From Alphaproteobacteria bacterium (GTDB lineage: Bacteria > Pseudomonadota > Alphaproteobacteria > Caulobacterales > Aquidulcibacteraceae), in assembly GCA_018969015.1 (NCBI GenBank), contig JAGWZE010000015.1, positions 33,917 through 57,916 on the forward strand: a stretch of 24,000 bases of DNA, written 5' to 3'. Positions 1-9,070 of this stretch are shown in pieces. Position 1 is the stretch's first letter, and every line of letters starts with the position of its first letter. The position numbers and the translations under genes are program-made. Under the pieces are notes generated by a model. That model saw only the letters and a program-made list of their open reading frames with translations, was not told the DNA's origin and did not search any database.

Positions 1-607
1 TCGGCTCGGTCCCGGCGAGGATGCGGCGGATATTGGCGTCGTGGCGCCAGTAGATCAGCGCGGCGAGCACGAGGCAGAAGCCCACGCCCCAGGCGTCCTC
101 CTTCAACGCGAAGGCGACGACCGGCGCGGCGGCGGCGGCCACCAGCGCGGCGAGCGAGGACATGCGGAACAAGAGCGCGGTGAGGATCCACGACGCGCCG
201 GCGGCGAGCCCCACCAGCGGCAGGCCCGTCAAAAGCACGCCGAAAAAGGTGGCGACGCCCTTGCCGCCCTTGAACTTAAGCCACACCGGGAAGCAGTGGC
301 CCAGGAACGCGGCGCCGCCGGCAAGGAAGCCGCATTGGGCGGCGAGTTCGCCAGAGCCGAAGCGGCCTTCGTCGAACAGGAAGCGGGCAAGCGCCAGCGC
401 GATCGCGGCCTTGCCGCTGTCGAGGAGGAGCGTCGCAAGCGCAAGGTCCTTGCGGCCGGTGCGCAGCACGTTCGTCGCGCCGATATTGCCCGAACCGACC
501 TGCCGAATGTCGCCGAGCCCGGCCGCCTGGACGAGCACGAGCCCGAACGGCACGGAACCGAGAAGATACCCAAGGAGGGCCGACACGCCCCAGGCCGCGA
601 AATCCAT
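1..607 (-). CDS. plsY: Glycerol-3-phosphate acyltransferase PlsY; the 3' end runs off the left edge of the window
   Basis: Hand translation of the minus strand from ATG (complement of 605-607) gives MDFAAWGVSALLGYLLGSVPFGLVLVQAAGLGDIRQVGSGNIGATNVLRTGRK...FPVWLKFKGGKGVATFFG. It contains the PlsY signature motifs (YLLGS.PFG, GSGN.GATNV, KGGKGVAT). Not in the ORF track because it is open at the edge. Confidence 0.88.
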   Translation of the reverse strand, partial: MDFAAWGVSALLGYLLGSVPFGLVLVQAAGLGDIRQVGSGNIGATNVLRTGRKDLALATLLLDSGKAAIALALARFLFDEGRFGSGELAAQCGFLAGGAAFLGHCFPVWLKFKGGKGVATFFGVLLTGLPLVGLAAGASWILTALLFRMSSLAALVAAAAAPVVAFALKEDAWGVGFCLVLAALIYWRHDANIRRILAGTEP

Positions 608-727
608 TGCCAAGATCATGCTCCCGCGCACCAACGCGCGTTGACGTGATCAGACCAAATTCGCGGCGCGGGGCCAAGGGGGAAGGACGAGCGCGTGTCG
701 GGCCGACGTCCAGGGCCCAGACGCTCC

Positions 728-767
728 GTCATTCCGGGTTCGCGCGTTCCGCGCGCCCCGGAATGAC
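728..767. repeat. REP-like stem-loop (gtcattccggg ... cccggaatgac) downstream of the DUF1476 gene
   Basis: An 11-bp inverted repeat, gtcattccggg (728-738) / cccggaatgac (757-767), encloses a GC-rich inner hairpin. It lies in the plsY / DUF1476 intergenic region. It produces the spurious peptide RHSGFARSARPGMT in the ORF track. Confidence 0.6.
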
Positions 768-812
768 GAACGCTTGGGCTGCCTTTGGACGTAAGGGCGG
801 TCGCCGGCCGCG

Positions 813-1145
813 TTAGCCGTCGCGCCGCGTCCGGGCTTCGACGGCGGCGAGCGTATCGTTCAGGCGGCGGCGCAGCCAGGTGTCGCTGTGGGGCAGGCCG
901 CTGGCGTGGAAATCGGCGCGGACCTGCTCGAACACGCGGGCGAGCGATCCGGTCTGCACCTCGCGGGCGCGCAGGGCGGCGGCGTAGCGCTCGGCTTCGG
1001 CTTCCATCAGACGCAGCTCGCCTGCGGCCCAGAGGCCGAAATCGTGCGAGGCGCGGGCGCGGGCCTTGAAGGCCAGCTCTTCGGCATGGGCAAATTCGCG
1101 CTCGAAGGCGTCGCGGCGTTCGTCGAAGGCGGAGCGAGCAGTCAT
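813..1145 (-). CDS. DUF1476 family protein (F1-ATPase inhibitor zeta-subunit-like)
   Basis: The ORF 813..1190 contains MTARSAFDERRDAFEREFAHAEELAFKARARASHDFGLWAAGELRL, which resembles the N-terminal region of the Paracoccus zeta subunit / DUF1476 family from memory. I prefer the internal ATG at 1145 because a GGAGGAAACGCC Shine-Dalgarno sequence sits directly upstream. Confidence 0.75.
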   Translation of the reverse strand: MTARSAFDERRDAFEREFAHAEELAFKARARASHDFGLWAAGELRLMEAEAERYAAALRAREVQTGSLARVFEQVRADFHASGLPHSDTWLRRRLNDTLAAVEARTRRDG

Positions 1146-1250
1146 GGGCGTTTCCTCCGGGGACGGCCGATCCTGCGCACCGTCACTCACGGAAACGTGT
1201 GTACCGCCCCGATGGTTACGCCCGCGTTCGAGGACATGGCGAACGCCGCA

Positions 1251-2561
1251 TTAAGCGGTTTCGAACGCCGTTTCGCCGCCGACGAGCGTGCGCACCACGC
1301 GGCCCTGCAAAAGCTTGCCGTCGAATGGCGAGTTGCGGGACTTGGAGCGCAGCGCGGCGACGTCGAAGCGGAACGGCGCGCCGAGATCGACGATCGCGAT
1401 ATCCGCCGGCGCGCCGATGGCGAGCCGGCCCTGCGGCAGGCCCAGAAGATCGGCCGGGCGCACGGTGACGGCGGCGAGCATGTCGAGCAGCTCGGCTTCC
1501 CCGCTGTGGGCAAGGCTCAGCACGCCCGGCAGCAGCGTCTCGAGCGCGGCCGCGCCGAAGGCGGCTTCGTCGAACGGCAGGCGCTTGTCCTCGGCCGGGC
1601 GCGGATCGTGGCCGGAGACGACGACGTCGATCAGCCCGCTCGCCACCGCCTCCACCAGCGCGCGGCGGTCCTCCTCGCTGCGCAGCGGCGGCGCGAGCTT
1701 GGCGAAGGTGCGGTAGTCGCCGATCTCGAGTTCGTTGAGCGTCAGATGGTGCACCGAAACGCTGGCATGGGCGCGCACGCCCCGCGCCTTGGCGCGCGCC
1801 AGCGGCTCGAGCGAGCGGGCCGCGCTCAGCATGTCGAGCAGCAGGCGCCCGCGCGTGAGTTCGGCGAGCGTCAAATCCCGCTCGACCATGATGCTCTCGG
1901 CCGCAGCCGGGATGCCCGGCAGGCCGAGACGACCGGCGAACTCGCCCTCGTTCATGCAGCCGCCGGCGGCCAGCCACGGATCTTCCGGGCGATGCGCCAC
2001 GAGTGCGTCGAAGGTGCTGGCGTAGGCGAGCGCGCGGCGCAGGAGGCGACTGTCCGTGATCGGCGCATCGCCGTTCGAGAACAGCACCGCGCCCGCCTCG
2101 GCGAGCAGACCGATCTCGCTCATCGCCGTGCCGGCGAGGCCCTTGGTGAGCGCGGCGGCGGGCAGGATGCGCACGTGCCCGCGGGCGGTGGCGCGGCGCA
2201 TCACGAGATCGACGAGGCTCACGTCGTCGATCACGGGCTGCGTGTTGGGCATGACGACGAGCGTCGTCACACCGCCCGCAGCGGCGGCGCGCCCGGCGCT
2301 CTTGAAGGTTTCCTTGTGCTCCGCGCCCGGTTCGCCGGTGACGACGCGCAAATCGACGAGCCCCGGCAAAACCGCGAGGCCGGCGGCGTCGAAAACCTCT
2401 GCGTCCGCCGGCGCGGTCGCACCCGGCCCGATCGCGAGAATGTGGCCGCCGGGATCATCCGGCCCGCGCGGCGCGGCGCGTTCGACGAGCACGCCGCCGG
2501 TCGCGTCGAGGCGCGTCGCGGGATCGAGCAGGCGGGCGTTGGCGATGAAAAGCGGGCGCAT
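1251..2561 (-). CDS. pyrC: Dihydroorotase-like protein (amidohydrolase fold), probably the non-catalytic PyrC' partner of aspartate carbamoyltransferase
   Basis: 436 aa with class-I dihydroorotase-like sequence throughout (FSNGD, VAHRPEDP, SVHHLTL, PPLRSEEDRRALVEAVASGLIDVVVSGHDP). Its ATG overlaps the pyrB stop (ATGA at 2558-2561... i.e. start 2559-2561, stop 2561-2563). The expected D-x-H-x-H metal motif reads DLRVV (2340-2354). Confidence 0.85.
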   Translation of the reverse strand: MRPLFIANARLLDPATRLDATGGVLVERAAPRGPDDPGGHILAIGPGATAPADAEVFDAAGLAVLPGLVDLRVVTGEPGAEHKETFKSAGRAAAAGGVTTLVVMPNTQPVIDDVSLVDLVMRRATARGHVRILPAAALTKGLAGTAMSEIGLLAEAGAVLFSNGDAPITDSRLLRRALAYASTFDALVAHRPEDPWLAAGGCMNEGEFAGRLGLPGIPAAAESIMVERDLTLAELTRGRLLLDMLSAARSLEPLARAKARGVRAHASVSVHHLTLNELEIGDYRTFAKLAPPLRSEEDRRALVEAVASGLIDVVVSGHDPRPAEDKRLPFDEAAFGAAALETLLPGVLSLAHSGEAELLDMLAAVTVRPADLLGLPQGRLAIGAPADIAIVDLGAPFRFDVAALRSKSRNSPFDGKLLQGRVVRTLVGGETAFETA

Positions 2562-3544
2562 CAGCTGTTCCCCGGCTCGCGCGCGGCGAGGCTTTCCAGC
2601 ACCGCCATGCGCAGGGCGACGCCCATGCCGACTTGCGTTTCGATGAGGCTCACCGCGGGATCATCGGCCACGGAGCTGTCGATCTCGACGCCGCGATTCA
2701 TCGGCCCCGGATGCATCACGAGCGCGCCGGGCTTGGCGTGCGCAAGCTTTTCGGCGTCGAGACCGTAGAACCAGAAATACTCGCGCGGCGAGGGCGTGAA
2801 GGCGCCCTGCATCCGCTCGAGCTGAAGCCGCAGCATCATCACGACGTCGCAGCCGGTGAGGCCTTCGCGCATGTCCGTGAAGACCTCGACGCCCCAGCGG
2901 TCGACGCCGGCGGGCAGGAGCGTCGGCGGGCCGACGAGGCGCACGCGCGCGCCGAGCATCGACAGCAGGATCACGTTCGAGCGCGCCACGCGCGAATGCA
3001 GGATGTCGCCGCAGATCGCGACGGTGACGCCCTCGACGCCGCCGAGACGTCGGCGGATGGCGAGCGCATCGAGCAGCGCCTGCGTGGGATGCTCGTGCGA
3101 GCCGTCGCCCGCATTGATCACCGCGCAATCGACCTTGCGCGCGAGCAGCTGCGCCGCGCCGGAGGACGCGTGCCGGATCACCAGAATGTCCGGGTTCATC
3201 GCATTGAGCGTCGCCGCGGTGTCGATCAGCGTTTCCCCCTTCGACACCGAGGAGGACTTCACCGACATGTTCACGACGTCGGCGCTCATGCGCTTGCCGG
3301 CCAGTTCGAACGAACTTTGCGTGCGCGTCGAGTTCTCGAAGAACAGGTTGATCAGCGTGCGCCCGCGCAGCGTGTCGGACTTCTTCATCCGCGCTTCGAC
3401 GAAGGGCACGAACGTCTCGGCGCGGTCGAGCAGGGCTTCGGCTTCGAGGCGATCGAGATCGGCGATGGAGAGAAGGTGACGCGAGCGGAGCCGGATCGGG
3501 CCCGTCGCGGCGGCGGAATTCGGGGGGCGGGCGGCTTTGGCCAT
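2561..3544 (-). CDS. pyrB: Aspartate carbamoyltransferase catalytic subunit
   Basis: 327 aa carrying the ATCase signatures [19 protein letters not shown] (S-T-R-T), HPTQALLD and HPGPMNRG. Confidence 0.95.
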   Translation of the reverse strand: MAKAARPPNSAAATGPIRLRSRHLLSIADLDRLEAEALLDRAETFVPFVEARMKKSDTLRGRTLINLFFENSTRTQSSFELAGKRMSADVVNMSVKSSSVSKGETLIDTAATLNAMNPDILVIRHASSGAAQLLARKVDCAVINAGDGSHEHPTQALLDALAIRRRLGGVEGVTVAICGDILHSRVARSNVILLSMLGARVRLVGPPTLLPAGVDRWGVEVFTDMREGLTGCDVVMMLRLQLERMQGAFTPSPREYFWFYGLDAEKLAHAKPGALVMHPGPMNRGVEIDSSVADDPAVSLIETQVGMGVALRMAVLESLAAREPGNS

Positions 3545-3706
3545 GTCGGGGGCAGCTTTAAGCCCTGGGGCGCAACGGCCGCAAGCGCGTCAAGAATGGG
3601 GCGAACCCTTATCCACAGCGCCGCATTTTCGTCCCCGAATCGGAACGAAGTTGGAACTCCCAAGCATCGGTGTTGGATGCTAAAAGGTAGTTAACAGGAG
3701 CGACCC

Positions 3707-3961
3707 ATGAGCGACTTCGCCTTCAAGCCGGCCGGCGCCGCCTTCGCCGCGCTGATCGCGGGCATCGCACCGGCCGCCGAAGCGCCGGAAGCGCCGACGC
3801 CGGATCCGGCGGCCGACGCCGCGGACGCGCTCGCCGTGGACTACGCCTCGCTCCCGGCCGCCGAGCCCCTGGGCGGCGGCGACATCTTCGCCGACCTGGA
3901 CGCCGCCACCGCCGACGTCCCTCTGGCCCCCGGCGCGCAGCTGCGTTTGCCGCTGGTTTGA
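3707..3961 (+). CDS. Small acidic Ala/Pro-rich hypothetical protein
   Basis: 84-codon ORF with an AGGAG Shine-Dalgarno 6 nt upstream of the ATG and strongly G/C-biased third positions. No recognisable domain. Confidence 0.45.
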   Translation: MSDFAFKPAGAAFAALIAGIAPAAEAPEAPTPDPAADAADALAVDYASLPAAEPLGGGDIFADLDAATADVPLAPGAQLRLPLV

Positions 3962-3972
3962 GGGATGTGGTT

Positions 3973-4095
3973 CACCCCTCATCCGGCCCTTCGGGCCACC
4001 TTCTCCCACAAGGGGAGAAGGACGAGCGCGGCGACCTTCTCCCCTTGTGGGAGAAGGTGGATCGCGGCCGAAGGCCGCGAGACGGATGAGGGGTG
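3973..4095. repeat. Roughly 123-bp nested palindromic intergenic element (REP/MITE-like)
   Basis: The outer arms cacccctcatccg (3973-3985) and cggatgaggggtg (4083-4095) are complementary. The inner 26-mer ccaccttctcccacaaggggagaagg and ccttctccccttgtgggagaaggtgg (4036-4061) are exact reverse complements. Each half also contains its own hairpin. The element yields spurious GEG-type peptides in the ORF track, with the motifs PSPTRGEG and PSPLVGEG both in ORF 3680..4378(-) and a further artefact ORF at 4047..4232(+). Confidence 0.8.
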
Positions 4096-4114
4096 CTTGC
4101 GCTAACGACGCCCC

Positions 4115-4594
4115 GTGCCGCTCCTCGATCTCCCCGATTTCACCGCCGCGTTGCCGCCCCGCGGCGCGCTCATCGGGATCGATCCCGGCTCCAAACGCAT
4201 CGGCGCCGCCGTCTCCGACCCTGACCGCGTGATCGCGTCCCCCGTCGAACAGATCGCCCGCACCAAGTTCACCGAGGATGCCGCGCGCCTCGTCGCGATC
4301 ATGGAGTCCCGCGCGGTCGTCGGCGTCGTGATCGGCTATCCGCTCAACATGGACGGCACCGCCGGCCCGGCGGCGCAATCGGCCCGGGCCTTCGCCCGCA
4401 ATCTCGCCGGCGTGCGCGATCTGCCGATCCTGTTGTGGGACGAACGCCTCTCCACCGCCGCCGTCACGCGGACGCTCATTGGCGCGGACGCCTCGCGGGC
4501 ACGGCGCGGCGAGGTCGTGGACAAGGTGGCGGCGGCCTACATGCTCCAGGGCGCCCTGGATCGGCTCAAGGAAGACGCGCTGCGGGGCGGCTGA
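4115..4594 (+). CDS. ruvX: Holliday-junction resolvase-like / pre-16S rRNA nuclease RuvX (YqgF)
   Basis: 159 aa with a GTG start. Contains [18 protein letters not shown] (the YqgF N-terminal catalytic motif) and [10 protein letters not shown]. Sits in the usual position upstream of gatC. Confidence 0.9.
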   Translation: MPLLDLPDFTAALPPRGALIGIDPGSKRIGAAVSDPDRVIASPVEQIARTKFTEDAARLVAIMESRAVVGVVIGYPLNMDGTAGPAAQSARAFARNLAGVRDLPILLWDERLSTAAVTRTLIGADASRARRGEVVDKVAAAYMLQGALDRLKEDALRGG

Positions 4595-4660
4595 CCCCCG
4601 TCGCCTTGCGCCCGCGGCCCCGCACTGCTAGCGCATCGCGCTTCGCAAAGGACCCGATCG

Positions 4661-4948
4661 ATGGCCATCGACGAGAACACCGTGCGCCGGGTGGCGCACC
4701 TGGCGCGGCTGGCGCTGCCCGAGGAGCGCGTGGCGCCCATGGCGGCGGAACTGAACGGGATTCTCGCCTGGATCGAGCAGCTGGGCGAAGTGGACGTCGA
4801 GGGCGTCGAGCCGATGACCAGCGCCGTGGCGGTCGCGCTGCCGATGCGCGACGACGTGGTGACCGACGGCGGCGCGCCCGTCCGCGTGCTCGCCAACGCC
4901 CCCAAGAGCGAAGACGGCTTCTTCGTCGTGCCGAAGGTGGTGGAATGA
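4661..4948 (+). CDS. gatC: Asp/Glu-tRNA(Asn/Gln) amidotransferase subunit C
   Basis: 95 aa: [22 protein letters not shown]...FFVVPKVVE, a typical GatC. AAAGGA Shine-Dalgarno upstream. Its stop overlaps the gatA start (ATGA at 4945-4948). Confidence 0.95.
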   Translation: MAIDENTVRRVAHLARLALPEERVAPMAAELNGILAWIEQLGEVDVEGVEPMTSAVAVALPMRDDVVTDGGAPVRVLANAPKSEDGFFVVPKVVE

Positions 4949-6423
4949 GCGCCGATCTCACCAAGCTGACGTTGAAGGACGCGCTGGACGGCCTCGACCG
5001 CAAGGCGTTCTCCTCGCGCGAACTCACCGACGCGTTCCTCGCCGCGATCGACGCCGCCAATCCCGCGCTCAACGCCTATGTCGTCGTCACGGCCAACAAG
5101 GCGCGCGCGATGGCCGACGCCGCCGACGCCCGCCGCGCCAAGGGCGAAGCGCGCCCGCTCGACGGCGCGCCGCTCGGCATCAAGGACCTCTTCTGCACCG
5201 AAGGCGTGCGCTCCACGGCGTGCTCGGCGGTGCTGGGCAATTTCACGCCCACCTACGAAAGCACCGTCACCGCGCGCCTGTTCGGCGACGGCGCGGTGAT
5301 GCTCGGCAAGCTCAACATGGACGAGTTCGCGATGGGCTCGTCGAACGAGACCAGCGCGTTCGGCCCCGTCGTGTCGCCCTGGCGGCGCGGCAACGACGTC
5401 GCCAAGCTCACGCCCGGCGGCTCTTCGGGCGGCTCGGCGGCGGCGGTGGCGGCGGATCTGTGCCTCGGCGCGACCGCAACCGACACCGGCGGCTCCATCC
5501 GCCAACCGGCGGCGTTCACCGGCACCGTCGGCATCAAGCCGACCTATGGCCGCTGCTCGCGCTGGGGCATCGTCGCGTTCGCCTCGTCGCTCGATCAGGC
5601 CGGCCCGATCGCCAAGACCGTCGAGGATTCGGCGATCCTGCTGCGCTCCATGGCGGGCCACGACCCGAAAGATTCCACCTCGCTGCCGCTCGAGACGCCG
5701 GACTTCGCCAAGGCGTGCGGCCGCAGCGTGAAGGGCCTGCGCATCGGCATCCCGAAGGAGTATCGCGTCGACGGCATGCCCGCCGAGATCGAGGCGCTGT
5801 GGCGCCAGGGCATGGCGTGGCTGAAAGACGCCGGCTGCGAGATCGTCGACATCTCGTTGCCGCACACGAAATACGCGCTGCCGGCCTATTACATCGTCGC
5901 GCCGGCGGAAGCCTCGTCGAACCTCGCGCGCTATGACGGCATGCGCTTCGGCGCGCGCGCCGATGGCCGCGACCTCACCGAGACCTACGAAAAGAGCCGC
6001 GCGCAGGGCTTCGGCCGCGAGGTGCAGCGCCGCATCCTGATCGGCACCTACGTGCTCAGCGCCGGCTACTACGACGCCTATTATCTGCGCGCGCAGAAGG
6101 TGCGCCAGCGCATCGCCCAGGACTTCCGCGACGCCTACGAGAAGGTCGACGCGATCCTCACGCCGACGGCGCCGAGCGCGGCCTTCGGGCTCGGCGAGAA
6201 GAGCGGCGATCCGGTGCAGATGTATCTGAACGACATCTTCACGGTGACGGCGAACCTTGCGGGGCTTCCGGGCATCTCGTTGCCGGCGGCGCTCGATTCC
6301 GCAGGCCTGCCGCTGGGCCTGCAGGTGATCGGCCGCGCACTGGACGAAGAGACCGTGTTCGCCGTCGCGGGCGCGGTGGAGAAGGCGGCGGGATACACGG
6401 CCAAGCCGGCCCGCTGGTGGTGA
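4945..6423 (+). CDS. gatA: Asp/Glu-tRNA(Asn/Gln) amidotransferase subunit A
   Basis: Internal start [17 protein letters not shown] within track ORF 4435..6423. Carries the amidase signature [13 protein letters not shown] and [10 protein letters not shown]. 492 aa. Confidence 0.95.
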   Translation: MSADLTKLTLKDALDGLDRKAFSSRELTDAFLAAIDAANPALNAYVVVTANKARAMADAADARRAKGEARPLDGAPLGIKDLFCTEGVRSTACSAVLGNFTPTYESTVTARLFGDGAVMLGKLNMDEFAMGSSNETSAFGPVVSPWRRGNDVAKLTPGGSSGGSAAAVAADLCLGATATDTGGSIRQPAAFTGTVGIKPTYGRCSRWGIVAFASSLDQAGPIAKTVEDSAILLRSMAGHDPKDSTSLPLETPDFAKACGRSVKGLRIGIPKEYRVDGMPAEIEALWRQGMAWLKDAGCEIVDISLPHTKYALPAYYIVAPAEASSNLARYDGMRFGARADGRDLTETYEKSRAQGFGREVQRRILIGTYVLSAGYYDAYYLRAQKVRQRIAQDFRDAYEKVDAILTPTAPSAAFGLGEKSGDPVQMYLNDIFTVTANLAGLPGISLPAALDSAGLPLGLQVIGRALDEETVFAVAGAVEKAAGYTAKPARWW

Positions 6424-6481
6424 GGGCGCGGCGGTGAGGCCGGCGCGTGGAGGCGCGGGCGACTCGCGCTAAACCACCGCC

Positions 6482-6733
6482 ATGTCCAAAGCCCGCGCCG
6501 AAATCGATCGCCGCTATTTCTTCGGTGACACGCTCATCAAGACCGGGGAGGCGCTGGGCGTCTTCCTGCTGTGCCTGATCGGCCTCACGGGGCTTCGCTT
6601 CGAAGCCGTGCCGGAGGCCGCGCGTGTGCCTTACGGTCTGGTGCTCGTCCTGGCCGCGGTCGCCGCCTTCGCGCTCGCGTTCGCCGGCCGACGCATGCGC
6701 AGATCGGCCTCCTCGCTCGACCGCAACGGGTGA
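6482..6733 (+). CDS. Small membrane protein with two predicted transmembrane helices, hypothetical
   Basis: 83 codons with high GC3. Two hydrophobic stretches (ALGVFLLCLIGLTGL and YGLVLVLAAVAAFALAFAG). No obvious Shine-Dalgarno sequence. Confidence 0.5.
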   Translation: MSKARAEIDRRYFFGDTLIKTGEALGVFLLCLIGLTGLRFEAVPEAARVPYGLVLVLAAVAAFALAFAGRRMRRSASSLDRNG

Positions 6734-6757
6734 GGGATCGGCCTTGCGGCCGATCCC
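6734..6757. terminator. Stem-loop between convergent genes, possibly a bidirectional terminator
   Basis: gggatcggcc-ttgc-ggccgatccc forms a perfect 10-bp stem. It starts 1 nt after the stop of the 6482..6733 ORF and ends 6 nt before the stop of the minus-strand KGG gene. There is no clear U-tract on either strand. Confidence 0.45.
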
Positions 6758-6763
6758 CTCCGT

Positions 6764-7213
6764 TCATGCCGACCCTTCGGCGGTGTCGGCGCCGTCGCTG
6801 GTCGTCTGACCGCCGCGGCGTCCCGCTTCCGAGGCGCGCTGGCGGTCGTTGGCGAAGTTCCCGCCCGAGGCCTGTCCGCCTTTGCGACCCGCCTGGGCGG
6901 CAAGCTCAGGATCCTGGCTGAAGCTGCGCTTCTCGGCGGGCACGCTGCGGCCGCCCTTGCGGCCCGCTTCGGCTGCAAGTTCCGGATTTTGCGAGAAACT
7001 CCGCTTCTCGCGCGGCACGCTTTCACCGCCTTTGCGGCCGGCGGCGGCGGCGCGACCGGGATCGTTGGCGAAGTTGCCGCCGGAGGCCTTGCCGCCTTTG
7101 CTGGCGATCTCGCGCTGGCGCGCGGCGTCCATCGCGGCAAAGCCGCGCGGGGCGGGGCGGGCGCGTCCCGGTTCGCTGCGGGGCGAGCCGTCATTGAGTG
7201 AGTTATGGTCCAT
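6764..7213 (-). CDS. KGG-repeat general stress protein (stress-induced bacterial acidophilic repeat family)
   Basis: Sequence ...SKGGKASGGNFANDPGRAAAAGRKGGESVPREKRSFSQNPELAAEAGRKGGRSVPAEKRSFSQDPELAAQAGRKGGQASGGNFANDRQRASEAGRRGGQ carries five KGG/RGG motifs. I prefer the internal ATG at 7213 (MDHNSLNDG) over the track start at 7336. Confidence 0.8.
   Translation of the reverse strand: MDHNSLNDGSPRSEPGRARPAPRGFAAMDAARQREIASKGGKASGGNFANDPGRAAAAGRKGGESVPREKRSFSQNPELAAEAGRKGGRSVPAEKRSFSQDPELAAQAGRKGGQASGGNFANDRQRASEAGRRGGQTTSDGADTAEGSA
6846..7101. repeat. Intragenic direct repeats in the KGG gene
   Basis: Two diverged tandem 75-bp units (6876-6950 and 6951-7025, both starting ccgcc[ct]ttgcg) each encode 25 aa. 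They are flanked by a roughly 40-bp direct repeat, tcgttggcgaagtt.ccgcc.gaggcc..ccgcctttgc, at 6846-6885 and 7062-7101. Confidence 0.8.
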
Positions 7214-7248
7214 TGTTCCGTCCCTTTCCGTGGAGGGTGTGGGGCTGG

Positions 7249-7273
7249 AACGGCGCGGCGCGCTCTCGGTTTC
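7249..7273 (-). promoter_or_regulatory. Candidate EcfG-type (general stress response) promoter for the KGG gene
   Basis: The minus strand reads GAAAC-cgagagcgcgccgcgc-CGTT. This matches the alphaproteobacterial GGAAC-N16-CGTT consensus with one mismatch. The -10 element ends 35 nt upstream of the ATG at 7213. Confidence 0.3.
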
Positions 7274-7568
7274 TGAGGTAAGTGTCTTTTCCTCAGTGGG
7301 TCTTCTCATTTGGCGCCTCGTCCTTTCCCTGTTCACGCGGGCCGGCGGCGATCTTGAGAGCGCCGTTCGTCCCGTTGATCGCCCGCGGACTTCGCCGCGA
7401 GCGAACCTGCACCGAAGACCAGAACGCGCTTCGCGACGGGCGGTTCCCGCGTTTGCGAGGAAAGTTCGGCTGGGCTAGTCAAAGCGCGCCGCAGGCCCCC
7501 GCCGGGCGGGCGGCGCAGATCGCTCTGGCCGTTCAGCGGCCGCCAGCAGGACCGCCCAAAGGACCACG

Positions 7569-9050
7569 ATGACCGCGCTCGACGTTCGCACCGCCCGCAA
7601 GGATCAGCTCATCGAAGGCGCCACCGGCCCGTGGGAGGTCGTGATCGGCATGGAGGTGCACGCGCAGGTGCTCAGCCAGTCGAAGCTGTTCTCGGGCGCG
7701 AGCGCGGCCTATGGCGGCGCGCCGAACGCGCATGTCAGCCTGGTGGACGCCGCGATGCCCGGCATGCTGCCGGTGATCAACAGGAAGTGCGTCGAGCAGG
7801 CGGTGCGCACGGGGCTCGGCCTCAATGCGCAGATCAACCTGTTTTCCCGCTTCGACCGGAAGAACTATTTCTATCCCGATCTGCCGCAGGGCTATCAGAT
7901 CTCGCAATACAAGGAGCCGATCGTCGGCGAAGGCGAGATCGAGGTCGAAGTCGAAGGCGCCGATCCGATCATCGTGCGCATCGAGCGCATCCACCTCGAG
8001 CAGGACGCCGGCAAGTCGATCCACGATCTGTCGCCGACGGAGACGTTCGTCGATCTCAACCGCGCGGGCGTCGCGCTGATGGAGATCGTCTCGCGCCCCG
8101 ACATCCGCTCCGCCAAGGAGGCCGCGGCCTATCTCACCAAGCTGCGCGCGATCGTGCGCGCGCTCGGCACGTGCGACGGCAACATGGACGAAGGCTCCAT
8201 GCGCGCCGACGTCAACGTCTCGGTGCGCCGGCCGGGGGAGGAGTTCGGCACGCGCTGCGAGATCAAGAACGTGAACTCGATGCGCTTCGTCGCGCAGGCC
8301 GTGGAGTACGAGGCGCGCCGCCAGATCGCGATCCTCGAAGAGGGCGGGACGATCCGTCAGGAGACGCGCCTCTTCAACGCGACGACGGGCGAGACGCGCG
8401 CGCTGCGCTCGAAGGAAGACGCGCCGGACTATCGCTATTTTCCGGATCCGGACCTTCTGCCGCTGGTGCTCGATCCGGCGTGGGTCGAAGCGATCCGCGC
8501 CACGCTGCCGGAGCTGCCCGATGCGAAGAAGAAGCGCTTCGTCGAGGGGTACGGATTGTCCGCCTACGATGCGGGCGTGCTCGCGGGCGACGCCGAGGCG
8601 GCGGCCTATTACGAGGAAGTGGCGAAGGGCCGCGATCCCAAGCTCGCCGCCAACTGGGTGACGCAGGAGCTGTTCGGCGCGCTCAACAAGCTCGGCCGCG
8701 ACCTGAAGGACAGCCCGATCTCCGCCGCCCAGCTCGGCGGGCTCGTCGCGCTGATCAGCGACGGCACGATCTCCGGCAAGATCGCCAAGGACGTGTTCGC
8801 CAAGATGCTCGAGACCGGGGAAGACCCCGACGTCATCGTCAAGCGCGAGGGCCTCGTGCAGATCAGCGACGTCGGCGCCATCGAGGCCGCCATCGACGCG
8901 CTCATCGCCGCCAACGCCGACAAGGTCGCCGAGGTGCGCGAGAAGCCCAAGGCCTTCGGTTGGTGGGTGGGCCAGGCCATGAAGGCCACCGGCGGCAAGG
9001 CCAACCCGGCGCTCGTCAACGAGGTGCTGAAGAAGAAGCTCGGCGTGTGA
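7569..9050 (+). CDS. gatB: Asp/Glu-tRNA(Asn/Gln) amidotransferase subunit B
   Basis: 493 aa containing [32 protein letters not shown] and [17 protein letters not shown], a canonical GatB. AAAGGA Shine-Dalgarno upstream. Confidence 0.96.
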   Translation: MTALDVRTARKDQLIEGATGPWEVVIGMEVHAQVLSQSKLFSGASAAYGGAPNAHVSLVDAAMPGMLPVINRKCVEQAVRTGLGLNAQINLFSRFDRKNYFYPDLPQGYQISQYKEPIVGEGEIEVEVEGADPIIVRIERIHLEQDAGKSIHDLSPTETFVDLNRAGVALMEIVSRPDIRSAKEAAAYLTKLRAIVRALGTCDGNMDEGSMRADVNVSVRRPGEEFGTRCEIKNVNSMRFVAQAVEYEARRQIAILEEGGTIRQETRLFNATTGETRALRSKEDAPDYRYFPDPDLLPLVLDPAWVEAIRATLPELPDAKKKRFVEGYGLSAYDAGVLAGDAEAAAYYEEVAKGRDPKLAANWVTQELFGALNKLGRDLKDSPISAAQLGGLVALISDGTISGKIAKDVFAKMLETGEDPDVIVKREGLVQISDVGAIEAAIDALIAANADKVAEVREKPKAFGWWVGQAMKATGGKANPALVNEVLKKKLGV

Positions 9051-9070
9051 GCCGGGCGTCCCGGCCCAAA

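Noticed and set aside
41-649. + strand 202-aa ORF at the left edge
   Set aside because: The opposite strand encodes an unmistakable PlsY. The + strand translation is an Arg/Glu/Gly-rich artefact.
888-2768. 626-aa + strand ORF, and similar giant ORFs: 13922..16327(+), 18256..20628(+), 21371..23089(-), 22942..23991(-), 4537..5865(-), 7631..9139(+), 10296..11498(+), 17119..18117(-)
   Set aside because: All are antisense or out-of-frame shadows of confidently identified genes (pyrC'/pyrB, katG, TonB-dependent receptor, MBL hydrolase, epoxide hydrolase, gatA, gatB, GT2, luxI). Their translations are Arg/Ala/Gly/Pro-rich low-complexity strings with no motifs, the usual artefact in very GC-rich DNA.
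3630-3706. Two GGAAC motifs upstream of the small ORF at 3707, considered as an EcfG promoter
   Set aside because: No CGTT lies at the required 16-17 nt spacing from either GGAAC.
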